A DNA stretch of 24,000 bases from Moritella viscosa. Lineage in GTDB: Bacteria > Pseudomonadota > Gammaproteobacteria > Enterobacterales > Moritellaceae. Positions 13,988 to 22,468 of the stretch are shown here, piece by piece. The DNA lies in assembly GCA_000953735.1 (NCBI GenBank), contig LN554852.1, positions 1,165,846-1,189,845 of the forward strand. Direction: 5' to 3'. Made by a program: the position numbers and the translations under genes. The notes beneath the pieces were generated by a model that was given only the letters and a program-made list of their open reading frames with translations, did not search any database and was not told where the DNA came from. Each line of letters begins with the position of its first letter. Positions within the stretch are counted from its first letter, which is position 1.

Positions 13988-16441
13988 ATGTCCCAATTGA
14001 ATATCAAAGCATTATTAGAACCTTCATCTATTGCCGTTATTGGTGCTAAAAATAGCCCCGAAAGTATTGGTTATTGGGTTGTTAAAAATCTTATTGCCAG
14101 CCAGTATGACGGTCCAATTATGCCGGTATCATTAAAATCGAATAATGTGTGTGGGATTTTAGCTTATGAGAAACCAAGTGAGCTACCCATAGCACCTGAT
14201 CTTGGTGCTATTTGTACACCGATTCGTTTTGTTGCAAAAATAGTTAAAGAGCTCGGTGAAGTCGGCTGTAAAGCGGTTATCTTATTTAGTGATGAGCCTT
14301 ATGAAGGTAACGCTGAGATTTGGGAAAAGATTGGCTTAATCGCGGCCAAATATAATATTCGCGTATTGGGTCCAAGTAGTTTAGGGGTATTAAATCCGCG
14401 TCTTAAACTAAATGTCAGCTTAGCTCATGTCGCACCACCTGCGGGTGATGTGGCGGTTATTTCACAATCTGCGGCGTTTGCTACATCTATGATCGACTGG
14501 GCTGAAACACGCGGAGTGGGCTTCTCTTGTTTCATTTCGATTGGTACCCGCATTGATGTTAATTTTGCTGATTTAATCGATTATCTAAGCCGCGACCGTT
14601 TTACTAAATCAATCGCTTTGTATGTCGATAATATTATTGATACACGCCGTTTTATGTCAGCAGCAAGAGCCGCTGCATTTAAAAAACCAATTGTGGTGGT
14701 ACGTTCAAGTTCAAACGTGAGCGGACCAACGGCATTATTACAAGACCGACGTAATAAGATCTCTTATAACACGGCTTATACCGCCGCATTCCAACGCTCT
14801 GGTATGCTAAGGGTTAATGATACCTTTGAACTACTGTCGGCAATCAAAACCATTGCTACGATCAAGCGCTCTGTGCGTGGAGATAAAATGTTGATCATCT
14901 CGAATGGTGGTTCTCCGGCGTATATGGCGATTGATGTATTGATTAAATCGGGTTGTAAACTGGCTGAATTAAGTTATGAAACCGAGCAGAAACTATTAAA
15001 AGCATTGCCTAATAAAATTAGCTCTATGAACCCGATTAACATACTAGGCGGTGTTGATGCTGAGGCGTACAGTAAAGTAATTGATATTGTATTAGAAGAT
15101 GCACAATATGATGCTTTACTGATTATCCATGCACCGCAGGTGACGGAATCATGCCATGTCACTGCTGAAAAACTGATCCCACAACTGGTTAAAAATAACA
15201 AAAAAGGCCCGATTATATTCACTTCGTGGATGGGCGAAACCAGTGGTCGTATAGCCCGGCAGACCTTGATTAAAGCGGGCATTCCGTCGTACGGTACCCC
15301 TGAAGTGGCGGTTAATGCTTTCAATTATATTGTTAAATTTAGGCGTCACCAAAAGCAACTTATCCAAACCCCTGAAACATTAGCTGATTTGAACCCTGGT
15401 TTGATTGCTGACGCTAAGATGATGGTCGAAAAAGTGATGCGCAAAGGCGTCAAAGAGGTCAACGAAAAAGGCGTTAACTTGTTACTCGCTGCTTACGGTA
15501 TTATGTCGGACACGACGTTAACCAAAGATGAGGTGAATAAATTCCGCATCGAAGTGGTCGATGATGCGGCGTTTGGTCCGATTATCTGCTTAGGTGAAGC
15601 TGGTGGTGATTGGGACATAGATCAAGATGCGGGTGTTGCGTTACCGCCGTTGAATATGGCGTTATCCCGTTATCTTGTGGTAGGTTCTATCAAGCAGGGC
15701 ATTATTCGTGAGCGTAGCTTATCTGTGCGTTTAAACATGGAAGGTTTGTGTGAAATATTAACCCGAATTTCACAGATGATTATTGATTTCCCGATGATCA
15801 AATCTATTTCGATAGATCCATTAGAATTGGGCCGTAGTGGTTATAACATCAAAGTTGATAAGGTTAATATTGGTTTACGTGGTCGACGTTCACTGCAAAA
15901 GTTAGCTATTTTACCGTACCCGAAAGAGCTGGAAAGTATCTACACCATGAAAAATGGGAAAGCGGTGTTATTAAGACCGATCCGTCACGAAGATGAGCCA
16001 CAACATCAGGCATTTGATTTATCGCTAACGGCTGATGATCGTTATCTACGTTATTTTGGTTCGCGTTCTAAATTCAGTCATTTCGAAATGGCGATGTTAA
16101 CGCAAATTGATTATGAACGTGAGATGGCATTTATTGCCAGTGCTAAGAATCCAATGGGTCAGCCTGAAACTTTAGGGGTGGTGCAAGCTATCTTTGATTG
16201 GGATAGTGGCGAAGCTGAATTTGCCATTTCGGTACGCTCAGATTTGAAAGGACAGGGCTTAGGTAAAGCACTTATGCTGAAAATTATTGCGTTTTGTCGC
16301 CAATTAGGTTTAAAAAATATGGTTGGTTTCACCATGCCAACCAATTCGGGCATGATTAAACTAGCGAAATATTGTGGCTTTAAGGTGACAATGGATTATC
16401 GTGAAGGTAACGCAGATTTAAAATTAAAACTAAATGATTAA
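13988..16441 (+). CDS. patZ: Protein lysine acetyltransferase Pat/PatZ (YfiQ)-type: NDP-forming acyl-CoA synthetase-like N-region plus C-terminal GNAT
   Basis: 'LLEPSSIAVIGA' CoA-binding start. 'ISQSAAF', 'FISIGTRIDVNFADLIDYL' and 'ALPPLNMALSRYLV'. GNAT core 'AEFAISVRSDLKGQGLGKALM'. Collinear with E. coli PatZ as I recall it. Starts 17 nt after the crotonase stop codon. Confidence 0.85.
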   Translation: MSQLNIKALLEPSSIAVIGAKNSPESIGYWVVKNLIASQYDGPIMPVSLKSNNVCGILAYEKPSELPIAPDLGAICTPIRFVAKIVKELGEVGCKAVILFSDEPYEGNAEIWEKIGLIAAKYNIRVLGPSSLGVLNPRLKLNVSLAHVAPPAGDVAVISQSAAFATSMIDWAETRGVGFSCFISIGTRIDVNFADLIDYLSRDRFTKSIALYVDNIIDTRRFMSAARAAAFKKPIVVVRSSSNVSGPTALLQDRRNKISYNTAYTAAFQRSGMLRVNDTFELLSAIKTIATIKRSVRGDKMLIISNGGSPAYMAIDVLIKSGCKLAELSYETEQKLLKALPNKISSMNPINILGGVDAEAYSKVIDIVLEDAQYDALLIIHAPQVTESCHVTAEKLIPQLVKNNKKGPIIFTSWMGETSGRIARQTLIKAGIPSYGTPEVAVNAFNYIVKFRRHQKQLIQTPETLADLNPGLIADAKMMVEKVMRKGVKEVNEKGVNLLLAAYGIMSDTTLTKDEVNKFRIEVVDDAAFGPIICLGEAGGDWDIDQDAGVALPPLNMALSRYLVVGSIKQGIIRERSLSVRLNMEGLCEILTRISQMIIDFPMIKSISIDPLELGRSGYNIKVDKVNIGLRGRRSLQKLAILPYPKELESIYTMKNGKAVLLRPIRHEDEPQHQAFDLSLTADDRYLRYFGSRSKFSHFEMAMLTQIDYEREMAFIASAKNPMGQPETLGVVQAIFDWDSGEAEFAISVRSDLKGQGLGKALMLKIIAFCRQLGLKNMVGFTMPTNSGMIKLAKYCGFKVTMDYREGNADLKLKLND

Positions 16442-17360
16442 TTTACAACGTATCAACCTCAATTTATTAGTCAGCTTGCAGTACTTGTTACAAGAACAGC
16501 AAGTCACTGCCGCTGCACAACGTCAATACATTACTCAATCGGCAATGAGTAAAAACCTGGCAAAATTACGTGAGATATTTGCCGATCCGTTATTAATCAA
16601 ACTGGATAATAAAAGTCAGTTAACCGAAAAAGCCAAGCAATTAAAACCAGTATTGGCGCAGATCTTAAATAATATTGATGGCTTGTTGGTGACTGGAGGG
16701 GTTGATCCGCTGCAATCTCAGCGTGAGTTTACCATCGCGTCAACCGATTACGTGACCGACTATATTCTACCTGCCGCTCTTGCACATTTATATCAACAGG
16801 CTCCGAACATTAAACTTAATCTCACCTATTGGGATAAGTTTACGTTAGCGGCGATGGAGCGTGGCGAGATTGATTTAGGGGCAACCATTATTCGACCCGA
16901 GCATAAACATCTTTCTTATTTACCGTTAGAAAAAGATAATTACGTGTGTATTATGCGCCAAGGACATCCATTAGAAAATGAAGTGTTAACATTAGCGAAT
17001 TATACCCAATATCCACATGGCATTATTACCTCGGGCTCAGACAAAGCGGGTGATATTGATGTCGCCTTATCTGCTCAAGGGCTGTTTAGAGACGTGGCAT
17101 TGCGTATTCCTTCTTATTCTTCCGCCTTTAGTATTATCGCTAAAACTGACCATTTATTGACCATACCTAACTCCATTGCAGATAAATTAATCATTGGTGA
17201 GCAATTTACGCGAAAAGAATTACCGATCAAATTACCTATTTTACAGGCTGCAATCATCTGGCATCCTCGTTTTGACCATGATTTGGCACATAAATGGCTG
17301 CGTGACGAACTACATGCGCAATTAAGCTGCAACATTCCAAATGGGACTGCGGTAGAGTAG
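16434..17360 (+). CDS. LysR-family transcriptional regulator
   Basis: N-terminal wHTH 'INLNLLVSLQYLLQEQQVTAAAQRQYITQSAMSKNLAKLREIF' plus a LysR substrate-binding-type C-domain. The ATG overlaps the pat stop codon (ATGATTAA). Confidence 0.9.
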   Translation: MINLQRINLNLLVSLQYLLQEQQVTAAAQRQYITQSAMSKNLAKLREIFADPLLIKLDNKSQLTEKAKQLKPVLAQILNNIDGLLVTGGVDPLQSQREFTIASTDYVTDYILPAALAHLYQQAPNIKLNLTYWDKFTLAAMERGEIDLGATIIRPEHKHLSYLPLEKDNYVCIMRQGHPLENEVLTLANYTQYPHGIITSGSDKAGDIDVALSAQGLFRDVALRIPSYSSAFSIIAKTDHLLTIPNSIADKLIIGEQFTRKELPIKLPILQAAIIWHPRFDHDLAHKWLRDELHAQLSCNIPNGTAVE

Positions 17361-17428
17361 AAGAAGTCATTATATTCATTTAGATTAACGTTCTATGATT
17401 ACCCTAACGCAATGGAGTGGTAATCATT

Positions 17429-18040
17429 ATGTACGAAATTATAGTGTCTTTATTAGTAGTTAATTTTTTTGGCATGCTCAGCCCAGGCCCTGACATGATG
17501 TTAGTGCTAAAATACGGTAGCCTAAACGCTAAACGTGCCGCGTGGTATTGTGTTGGTGGTATTATTTCGGGTTTGGCTGTACACATGATGTTAGGTTTGT
17601 TTGGTATTTCATTACTGATTTCGAGTCACCCAATGCTGTTCAATGTTGTGCGCTGGTTAGGTGCTGCTTATCTTATTTATATTGGTATTAAATCACTGCG
17701 TGCAGGTAAAAGTGAAATTGCAGTGGATGCCGGTACATTGAATTATCGTCCAACGAAAGCGTATTTAGACGGTTTATTGTGTAATTTATTAAATCCGAAG
17801 ATCTTGATGTTTATGGTAGCAGCATTCAGTCAGGTTATTGCACCTGAAACACCAACATCAGACAAGTTATTAATCAGCTTATCTATCTTTTTAGAAACGG
17901 CAGTACTGTGGTCGTGTTTTATCATATTGCTGAACCGTGGCACACTTAAACAAATGCTCAATCGTTATCAAGATAAGATCAATAAAGCCACGGGTGGCCT
18001 TTTGATTACCTTGGGTGGTTTCATTGGTTTAAGTAGCTAA
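17429..18040 (+). CDS. LysE/RhtB-family amino-acid (or homoserine-lactone) exporter
   Basis: 'FFGMLSPGPDMMLVL' N-terminal motif and 'NPKILMFMVAAF' mid-protein motif, with about 6 TM helices. I prefer the ATG at 17429 (GGAG at 17414-17417). The track start at 17417 is an alternative. Confidence 0.85.
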   Translation: MYEIIVSLLVVNFFGMLSPGPDMMLVLKYGSLNAKRAAWYCVGGIISGLAVHMMLGLFGISLLISSHPMLFNVVRWLGAAYLIYIGIKSLRAGKSEIAVDAGTLNYRPTKAYLDGLLCNLLNPKILMFMVAAFSQVIAPETPTSDKLLISLSIFLETAVLWSCFIILLNRGTLKQMLNRYQDKINKATGGLLITLGGFIGLSS

Positions 18041-18055
18041 CAAAAAATTGCTTTT

Positions 18056-18095
18056 AAAAAAGGCGCTGTGGGTTAATACCGACAGCGCCTTTTTG
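18056..18095. terminator. Bidirectional rho-independent terminator
   Basis: AGGCGCTGT (18061-18069) pairs with ACAGCGCCT (18082-18090), a 9-bp GC-rich stem. It is flanked by A5 upstream and T4 downstream, and sits between convergent lysE and the M16 peptidase gene. Confidence 0.8.
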
Positions 18096-18113
18096 CATTA
18101 ATGGCTATATAAA

Positions 18114-20939
18114 CTAGAGTTCAAACACATTACTTTGTTGCTGGAAGGCTTCTACATCTGCAATATAGGTGCCTTCAAGTTTTTTTACATTAGCCTCTTC
18201 GTATTCATCATCATGTTTATTTACTTGGCTGATCGTAGACATGATCAAGCGGTCAGAAGTGCGAGATTTTAATTCCACCATAAATCGAATAAGGTCGATG
18301 CGTTCTATTTTTTCTAATTCTTCTGCGATCCTCTCGGATTTATTAAAGGCTTTATCTTTAATACCAATGGCGTGCCACAGACGTTTACTTTTGCTGTTTA
18401 TGTTGGCATCAGGCTCATGTAATTTAGAGATTAGGCCTTGTTTACTTGATTGCCATTGCTGCTCAGTAAATGAGATCATCCCGAACGGGAAGAAATCAAT
18501 AAAGTCATTGATCGCATCCAACAGTTTCACTGGTTGAGTATGTGGTGATTGTACATAGAACATCAAACCGGCATGACGATTAAGCGGGATATTACCTGTA
18601 CCTACGACATAACCCAATTGTTGTTGAGTGCGTAACTCATAGAAGAATTTAGACGACATCACATGATTAGCTAAACTGTAATAAGCGAGCTCTTTTGGTG
18701 ATATCTTTGATGCTTGGTAATAAACAATCAGCGCTGCATCATTATGTTCAGCAGCAACTTCATGCACCAACGAACCTGTATCGCGAATGTCCACTAATTT
18801 ACGTATTGTCTCTTTACCGGGTGAGCTAAATGGATGCAATTTATTTTTCACGTACTTGCCTATCTCTAACGCTTGAGATCGATGCCAGTCACCGTGCACT
18901 AACACTTCAACACTGATGTTCTGATATACTTTTTCCAAATACTCAGGCAGCTGTTCCTGCTTAATACTCATCAGCGCCTTAGCTAATCGTTCGTTTGATG
19001 GATTGTTTGGCTGCAGTACAGAAGTCAGTTCTGAAAATAAGCGATTGATTGGTTTCGCTTGTTTCTGATTTTCCCACGAGATAAGCAGTTGATTACGAAT
19101 ACTTGAGAAGGTTTCACTATCAACCATTTGTAAGTGACGATGGCCGATGATCAGTTTTAATAATTCGAACTGTTTTTGGGCAAATCCGGCAAGGTGTAAG
19201 GTAAAACCACCTTGGTGCGCATAAATGTGGTAATTAATCCCTGCAATTTCGGCTTGATAAGTCAGGCTGTTTAATTGTTCCATCAATAGCTCAACCGCTA
19301 GTCGGGTCATCGCAATATTATGGGTATTGGCAATGGCATATTCACTGTCTATCGAAATGAAGATATTACCCTTAGGTAAATGGAACTCATGTTCTTGCAT
19401 AAACCAAGTTTTAAAACCTTCACTCTGATCAATTAGCCTTGGTTGCTCAGTCAAGTTGGCTTCATCAAGCGCAAGGGCTTCTAAAGACGAGCTCATGAAG
19501 CGGTTTTTTATCGGCAGTGCTAGGCTTTCATCAATCTCTACATTCGCCCAGCGTTGTTGCTGGTTAGGTGTAAAATCATCGACACGATAAGGGGTATCAT
19601 ACCAAGCGGCTGTTTTATTGGTGTCCAAGTTTGGTGCCGATACCATTAACCGCATATTCGTAGCATTAAACTGCTGTAAAAAGAAACGACAAGCCTCGAT
19701 ATCAAAGCCCGTCATCATGTAATCACCATAAATGACATGTTCAGGTGGATAAATATGTAAGTTTTGCGATAGGTGAGAGACATTCTTTATTGCCGGTATT
19801 TTTTCTTGGTAGCGAAATGCTTGCTCTAAGAAATTTTTCTTCTCGTCATAACGCCACGCCTGTAAACCTTGTTCTGCGATGAGCTTGATATATTGCAAAC
19901 AGAATTCGACAATCTCGGTAATGTGCTTAAAGCCATTGCTCGTTAAGCCCACAATAATATTGTAATCTTTAAAATTAGCGCCACTTTGACCACTACCTGC
20001 TGATAATGCGGTTACCCAACCTTTGCGTTTTAACAGCGACAGTAAACTCCCTTCAGTTTCATCACCGATTAGCTGGCTGATATAACTTAATGGCTTGATT
20101 TGGTAGTAGGGCAGAATATCGCTAAGTGGAAAGCAGATGTATAATTTTTTATGACCACTGATCGATTCAACCCAAATGGCTTGTTGTAATTGCGCGTCGG
20201 TATATAAAGGGATCGCTAAAGGGACTGCGTTAATGCCTCGGTTAGGAACCGCTGAAAACATCTCGTTAAGCATGTGTTCTTGTTTATCAAGTGAAAGATT
20301 AGATTGGATCACTAACTTCATTAAAGAGGCGCAGTAATGTTGTTCGTAAAATCGTAGTAGTTCGTCACGCAGGGTGTAGGTTTTTGTGTCTGCGAGCGTA
20401 GTGAGGTTACCTACTGAAAATTTACTAAATGGATGGGGTGGATTTACTGTTTCTTTATGAACTTGATAAAAACGGCGAACATCATCTTTTAGCTTTAGCT
20501 TAAATTCTGAATCAACAGCATGGCGTTCTCGGTCTAATAAGTCGGCATTGAAACTTGGTGCGATAAAAAATTGGGCGAAATGATCGAGTGCGTTATGGAA
20601 ATAACTGTTGTTAATATCAAAGTAATAGTTGGTATATTCAGTGCCTGTCCAAGCGTTATTGCTGCCACCATGCATGGAAATGAATGATTGGTATTCACCG
20701 GGTTTAGGGTATTTATCTGTACCGAGAAAAAGCATGTGTTCGAGTAAATGTGCAAGTCCCTCATGTTGTTGTGGATCATCAAAGTGACCCACTGCTACGG
20801 ACATTGAGGCGGCGGACTTTTTACATTGATCATCTTGGATCAATAATACAGCTAAACCATTGGGGAGCGTGATGTGACGATATTGTTTGTAATCATTTGG
20901 GCTAGTTATCAAGGCGAATGCTCCATGTAATGGCTGCAT
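18114..20939 (-). CDS. M16-family zinc metallopeptidase (insulinase/pitrilysin-like), no signal peptide
   Basis: Inverted zinc motif HxxEH in 'GLAHLLEHMLFLGT'. Downstream 'NAWTGTEYTNYYF'. 941 aa. The N-terminus 'MQPLHGAFALITSPNDYKQYRHITLPNGL' lacks a hydrophobic leader. Confidence 0.9.
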   Translation of the reverse strand: MQPLHGAFALITSPNDYKQYRHITLPNGLAVLLIQDDQCKKSAASMSVAVGHFDDPQQHEGLAHLLEHMLFLGTDKYPKPGEYQSFISMHGGSNNAWTGTEYTNYYFDINNSYFHNALDHFAQFFIAPSFNADLLDRERHAVDSEFKLKLKDDVRRFYQVHKETVNPPHPFSKFSVGNLTTLADTKTYTLRDELLRFYEQHYCASLMKLVIQSNLSLDKQEHMLNEMFSAVPNRGINAVPLAIPLYTDAQLQQAIWVESISGHKKLYICFPLSDILPYYQIKPLSYISQLIGDETEGSLLSLLKRKGWVTALSAGSGQSGANFKDYNIIVGLTSNGFKHITEIVEFCLQYIKLIAEQGLQAWRYDEKKNFLEQAFRYQEKIPAIKNVSHLSQNLHIYPPEHVIYGDYMMTGFDIEACRFFLQQFNATNMRLMVSAPNLDTNKTAAWYDTPYRVDDFTPNQQQRWANVEIDESLALPIKNRFMSSSLEALALDEANLTEQPRLIDQSEGFKTWFMQEHEFHLPKGNIFISIDSEYAIANTHNIAMTRLAVELLMEQLNSLTYQAEIAGINYHIYAHQGGFTLHLAGFAQKQFELLKLIIGHRHLQMVDSETFSSIRNQLLISWENQKQAKPINRLFSELTSVLQPNNPSNERLAKALMSIKQEQLPEYLEKVYQNISVEVLVHGDWHRSQALEIGKYVKNKLHPFSSPGKETIRKLVDIRDTGSLVHEVAAEHNDAALIVYYQASKISPKELAYYSLANHVMSSKFFYELRTQQQLGYVVGTGNIPLNRHAGLMFYVQSPHTQPVKLLDAINDFIDFFPFGMISFTEQQWQSSKQGLISKLHEPDANINSKSKRLWHAIGIKDKAFNKSERIAEELEKIERIDLIRFMVELKSRTSDRLIMSTISQVNKHDDEYEEANVKKLEGTYIADVEAFQQQSNVFEL

Positions 20940-21237
20940 AGAAAATAAATTAGATCGGCTTCAAAGAATGGCGATTCTAAAATGCAGTAATGAATGCTGG
21001 GGTATAATCTTATTAACGATATATAAATCGTGCGAAGACGATACTATTTGCTAATAATATAAGTTCAGTATGGCGTTAAAACAGCGGTAAGTAATTATTT
21101 TTTGAAAAGAATGTTTAAAAACATAATCTAAACGTGGTTTTTAATATTTTTGTCATCAACGCGCGTTACAATGCAATCGTTTTTTGGTGCTGTGTTAATA
21201 TCTATAAGATATTCAATAGATAATGTAGCGTGGTGGT

Positions 21238-21705
21238 ATGAAGATTTATATTATGCGACACGGTCAAGCAGGCTTGTATGCTAACAGCGATGCGGAACGT
21301 GAATTAACCGGTACTGGGCGACAACAGTCTGTTGATATGGCCAGTTGGTTAAGTGCGATTGAACCAACTTTAGATTGTGTATTACACAGTCCTTATGTAC
21401 GAGCTGCACAAACTTGGCAAGTTATCGGGAACTTATTTACCGTAAACAGTGTCGAAGTCTGTGATGATATAACCCCTTACGGGGATGCTGAATTTATCGC
21501 GGATTATGTTCGCGCACTGGTTGAGCAACATAATTACCAAACAATCTTACTGGTTTCACATTTACCTGTAGTGAGCTATCTCACTTCAGCATTAACAACC
21601 GGTAAGTATATGCCAGCTTTCGCAACATCTGCGATTGCTTGCTTAGAATTAGATGAAAAAAGTTGTAATTTAAAGTGGTTAGAAACACCCGCGAGTATAA
21701 AGTAA
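21238..21705 (+). CDS. sixA: Phosphohistidine phosphatase SixA
   Basis: 'MKIYIMRHGQA' RHG catalytic motif, 'VLHSPYVRAAQT' and 'LVSHLP'. 155 aa, collinear with E. coli SixA. Confidence 0.9.
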   Translation: MKIYIMRHGQAGLYANSDAERELTGTGRQQSVDMASWLSAIEPTLDCVLHSPYVRAAQTWQVIGNLFTVNSVEVCDDITPYGDAEFIADYVRALVEQHNYQTILLVSHLPVVSYLTSALTTGKYMPAFATSAIACLELDEKSCNLKWLETPASIK

Positions 21706-21779
21706 TACACTGGTTTATTAATGCGTTTTATAATTAGTGCTTACACTTTATACAAGGGTTAATACAGTGCTAAATATCT

Positions 21780-21807
21780 TTGCATTACCCTATTGTTAGT
21801 ATATTAT
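21780..21807 (+). promoter_or_regulatory. Sigma70-type promoter for the ytfK-like gene
   Basis: TTGCAT (21780-21785), a 16-nt spacer, then TATTAT (21802-21807). About 58 nt upstream of the ATG. Confidence 0.45.
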
Positions 21808-21865
21808 GCCGCCATCTGTTTGAGTACTTGGATGGTACTTATATAAGCGTATAAAGGAGTACTAA

Positions 21866-22063
21866 ATGCGTAGTTTTAAACAGTTTAATTCATTGCGTAT
21901 CGCAAGATATGTAAAGAGTTTTTTTCGTGGAACCCTCTATGTCACTGGTTTGGGATTATTAGAGTTCCAGCAAGGTTTGTTAATCATACCGAATAACGCT
22001 GGTAACAATGTTAAAATGCGTATCTCGGAAGTGAATCGTGAAATTAAACGATTTGCAGTTTAG
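21866..22063 (+). CDS. ytfK: DUF1107 protein, YtfK-like
   Basis: 65 aa. 'FKQFNSLRIARYVKSFFRGTLYV...LEFQQGLLIIP...MRISEVNREIKRF' parallels E. coli YtfK ('[23 protein letters not shown]...FEFDKGKILIP...SEVNRQVMRL') as I recall it. AGGAG Shine-Dalgarno 7 nt upstream and its own terminator. Confidence 0.8.
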   Translation: MRSFKQFNSLRIARYVKSFFRGTLYVTGLGLLEFQQGLLIIPNNAGNNVKMRISEVNREIKRFAV

Positions 22064-22078
22064 CAAAACGAGTTTGAG

Positions 22079-22107
22079 AGGTTAGTGTTATACACTAACC
22101 TTTTTTT
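22079..22107 (+). terminator. Rho-independent terminator of the ytfK-like gene
   Basis: AGGTTAGTG (22079-22087) pairs with CACTAACCT (22093-22101), a 9-bp stem with a 5-nt loop, followed by a T-run to 22107. Confidence 0.85.
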
Positions 22108-22146
22108 GTGCCTGCTGTTTGGGACTCGTTGATAAAAAACTTGGTA

Positions 22147-22413
22147 CTAACGTATAAACATATAAATATTGAATGCCACGGTAATGAACAGAAAAAGTAT
22201 CATGATGATGATGACATTGTAACGTTTCATAAAACTAAGTTTGGGGTGTTTCGCTTTGAATTCGGCTGCTGATTTCGCCTTTTTTCTTATCTTTACCGCA
22301 TTGATTTCGTGCAATTTGTCCTTTGCCTGCATTGCTTCTTCAAGTTGTGCCAGACGCTCATTGTTTTCTTCTTCGAGCGCTGCAAACCACAGGTCTTGTT
22401 TATCCGTTACCAT
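22147..22413 (-). CDS. Small tail-anchored membrane protein with charged coiled-coil N-terminus (hypothetical)
   Basis: 88 aa. The charged helical region 'EEENNERLAQLEEAMQAKDKLHEINAVKIRKKAKSAAEFKAK' is followed by a single C-terminal TM 'VIIIMILFLFITVAFNIYMFI'. It lies 55 nt downstream of smrB on the same strand. Confidence 0.6.
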   Translation of the reverse strand: MVTDKQDLWFAALEEENNERLAQLEEAMQAKDKLHEINAVKIRKKAKSAAEFKAKHPKLSFMKRYNVIIIMILFLFITVAFNIYMFIR

Positions 22414-22468
22414 GACTCAATTACCTTAAAACTATCATCAATAAATACTGTTATCAGGTGACTGACAA

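Noticed and set aside
14974-17586. Antisense ORFs 14974..15324, 15149..15367, 16159..16353, 17114..17335 and 17404..17586
   Set aside because: They lie inside, and opposite to, pat, lysR and lysE. No independent support.
18169-20782. ORFs 18169..18537 (+) and 20534..20782 (-, out of frame) within the M16 peptidase gene
   Set aside because: These are overlapping shadow frames of a 941-aa gene with intact catalytic motifs.
21197-21213. AATATCT-ATA-AGATATT palindrome just upstream of sixA
   Set aside because: It is a short, purely A/T-rich 7-bp inverted repeat and could be chance. No known regulator consensus was recognised.
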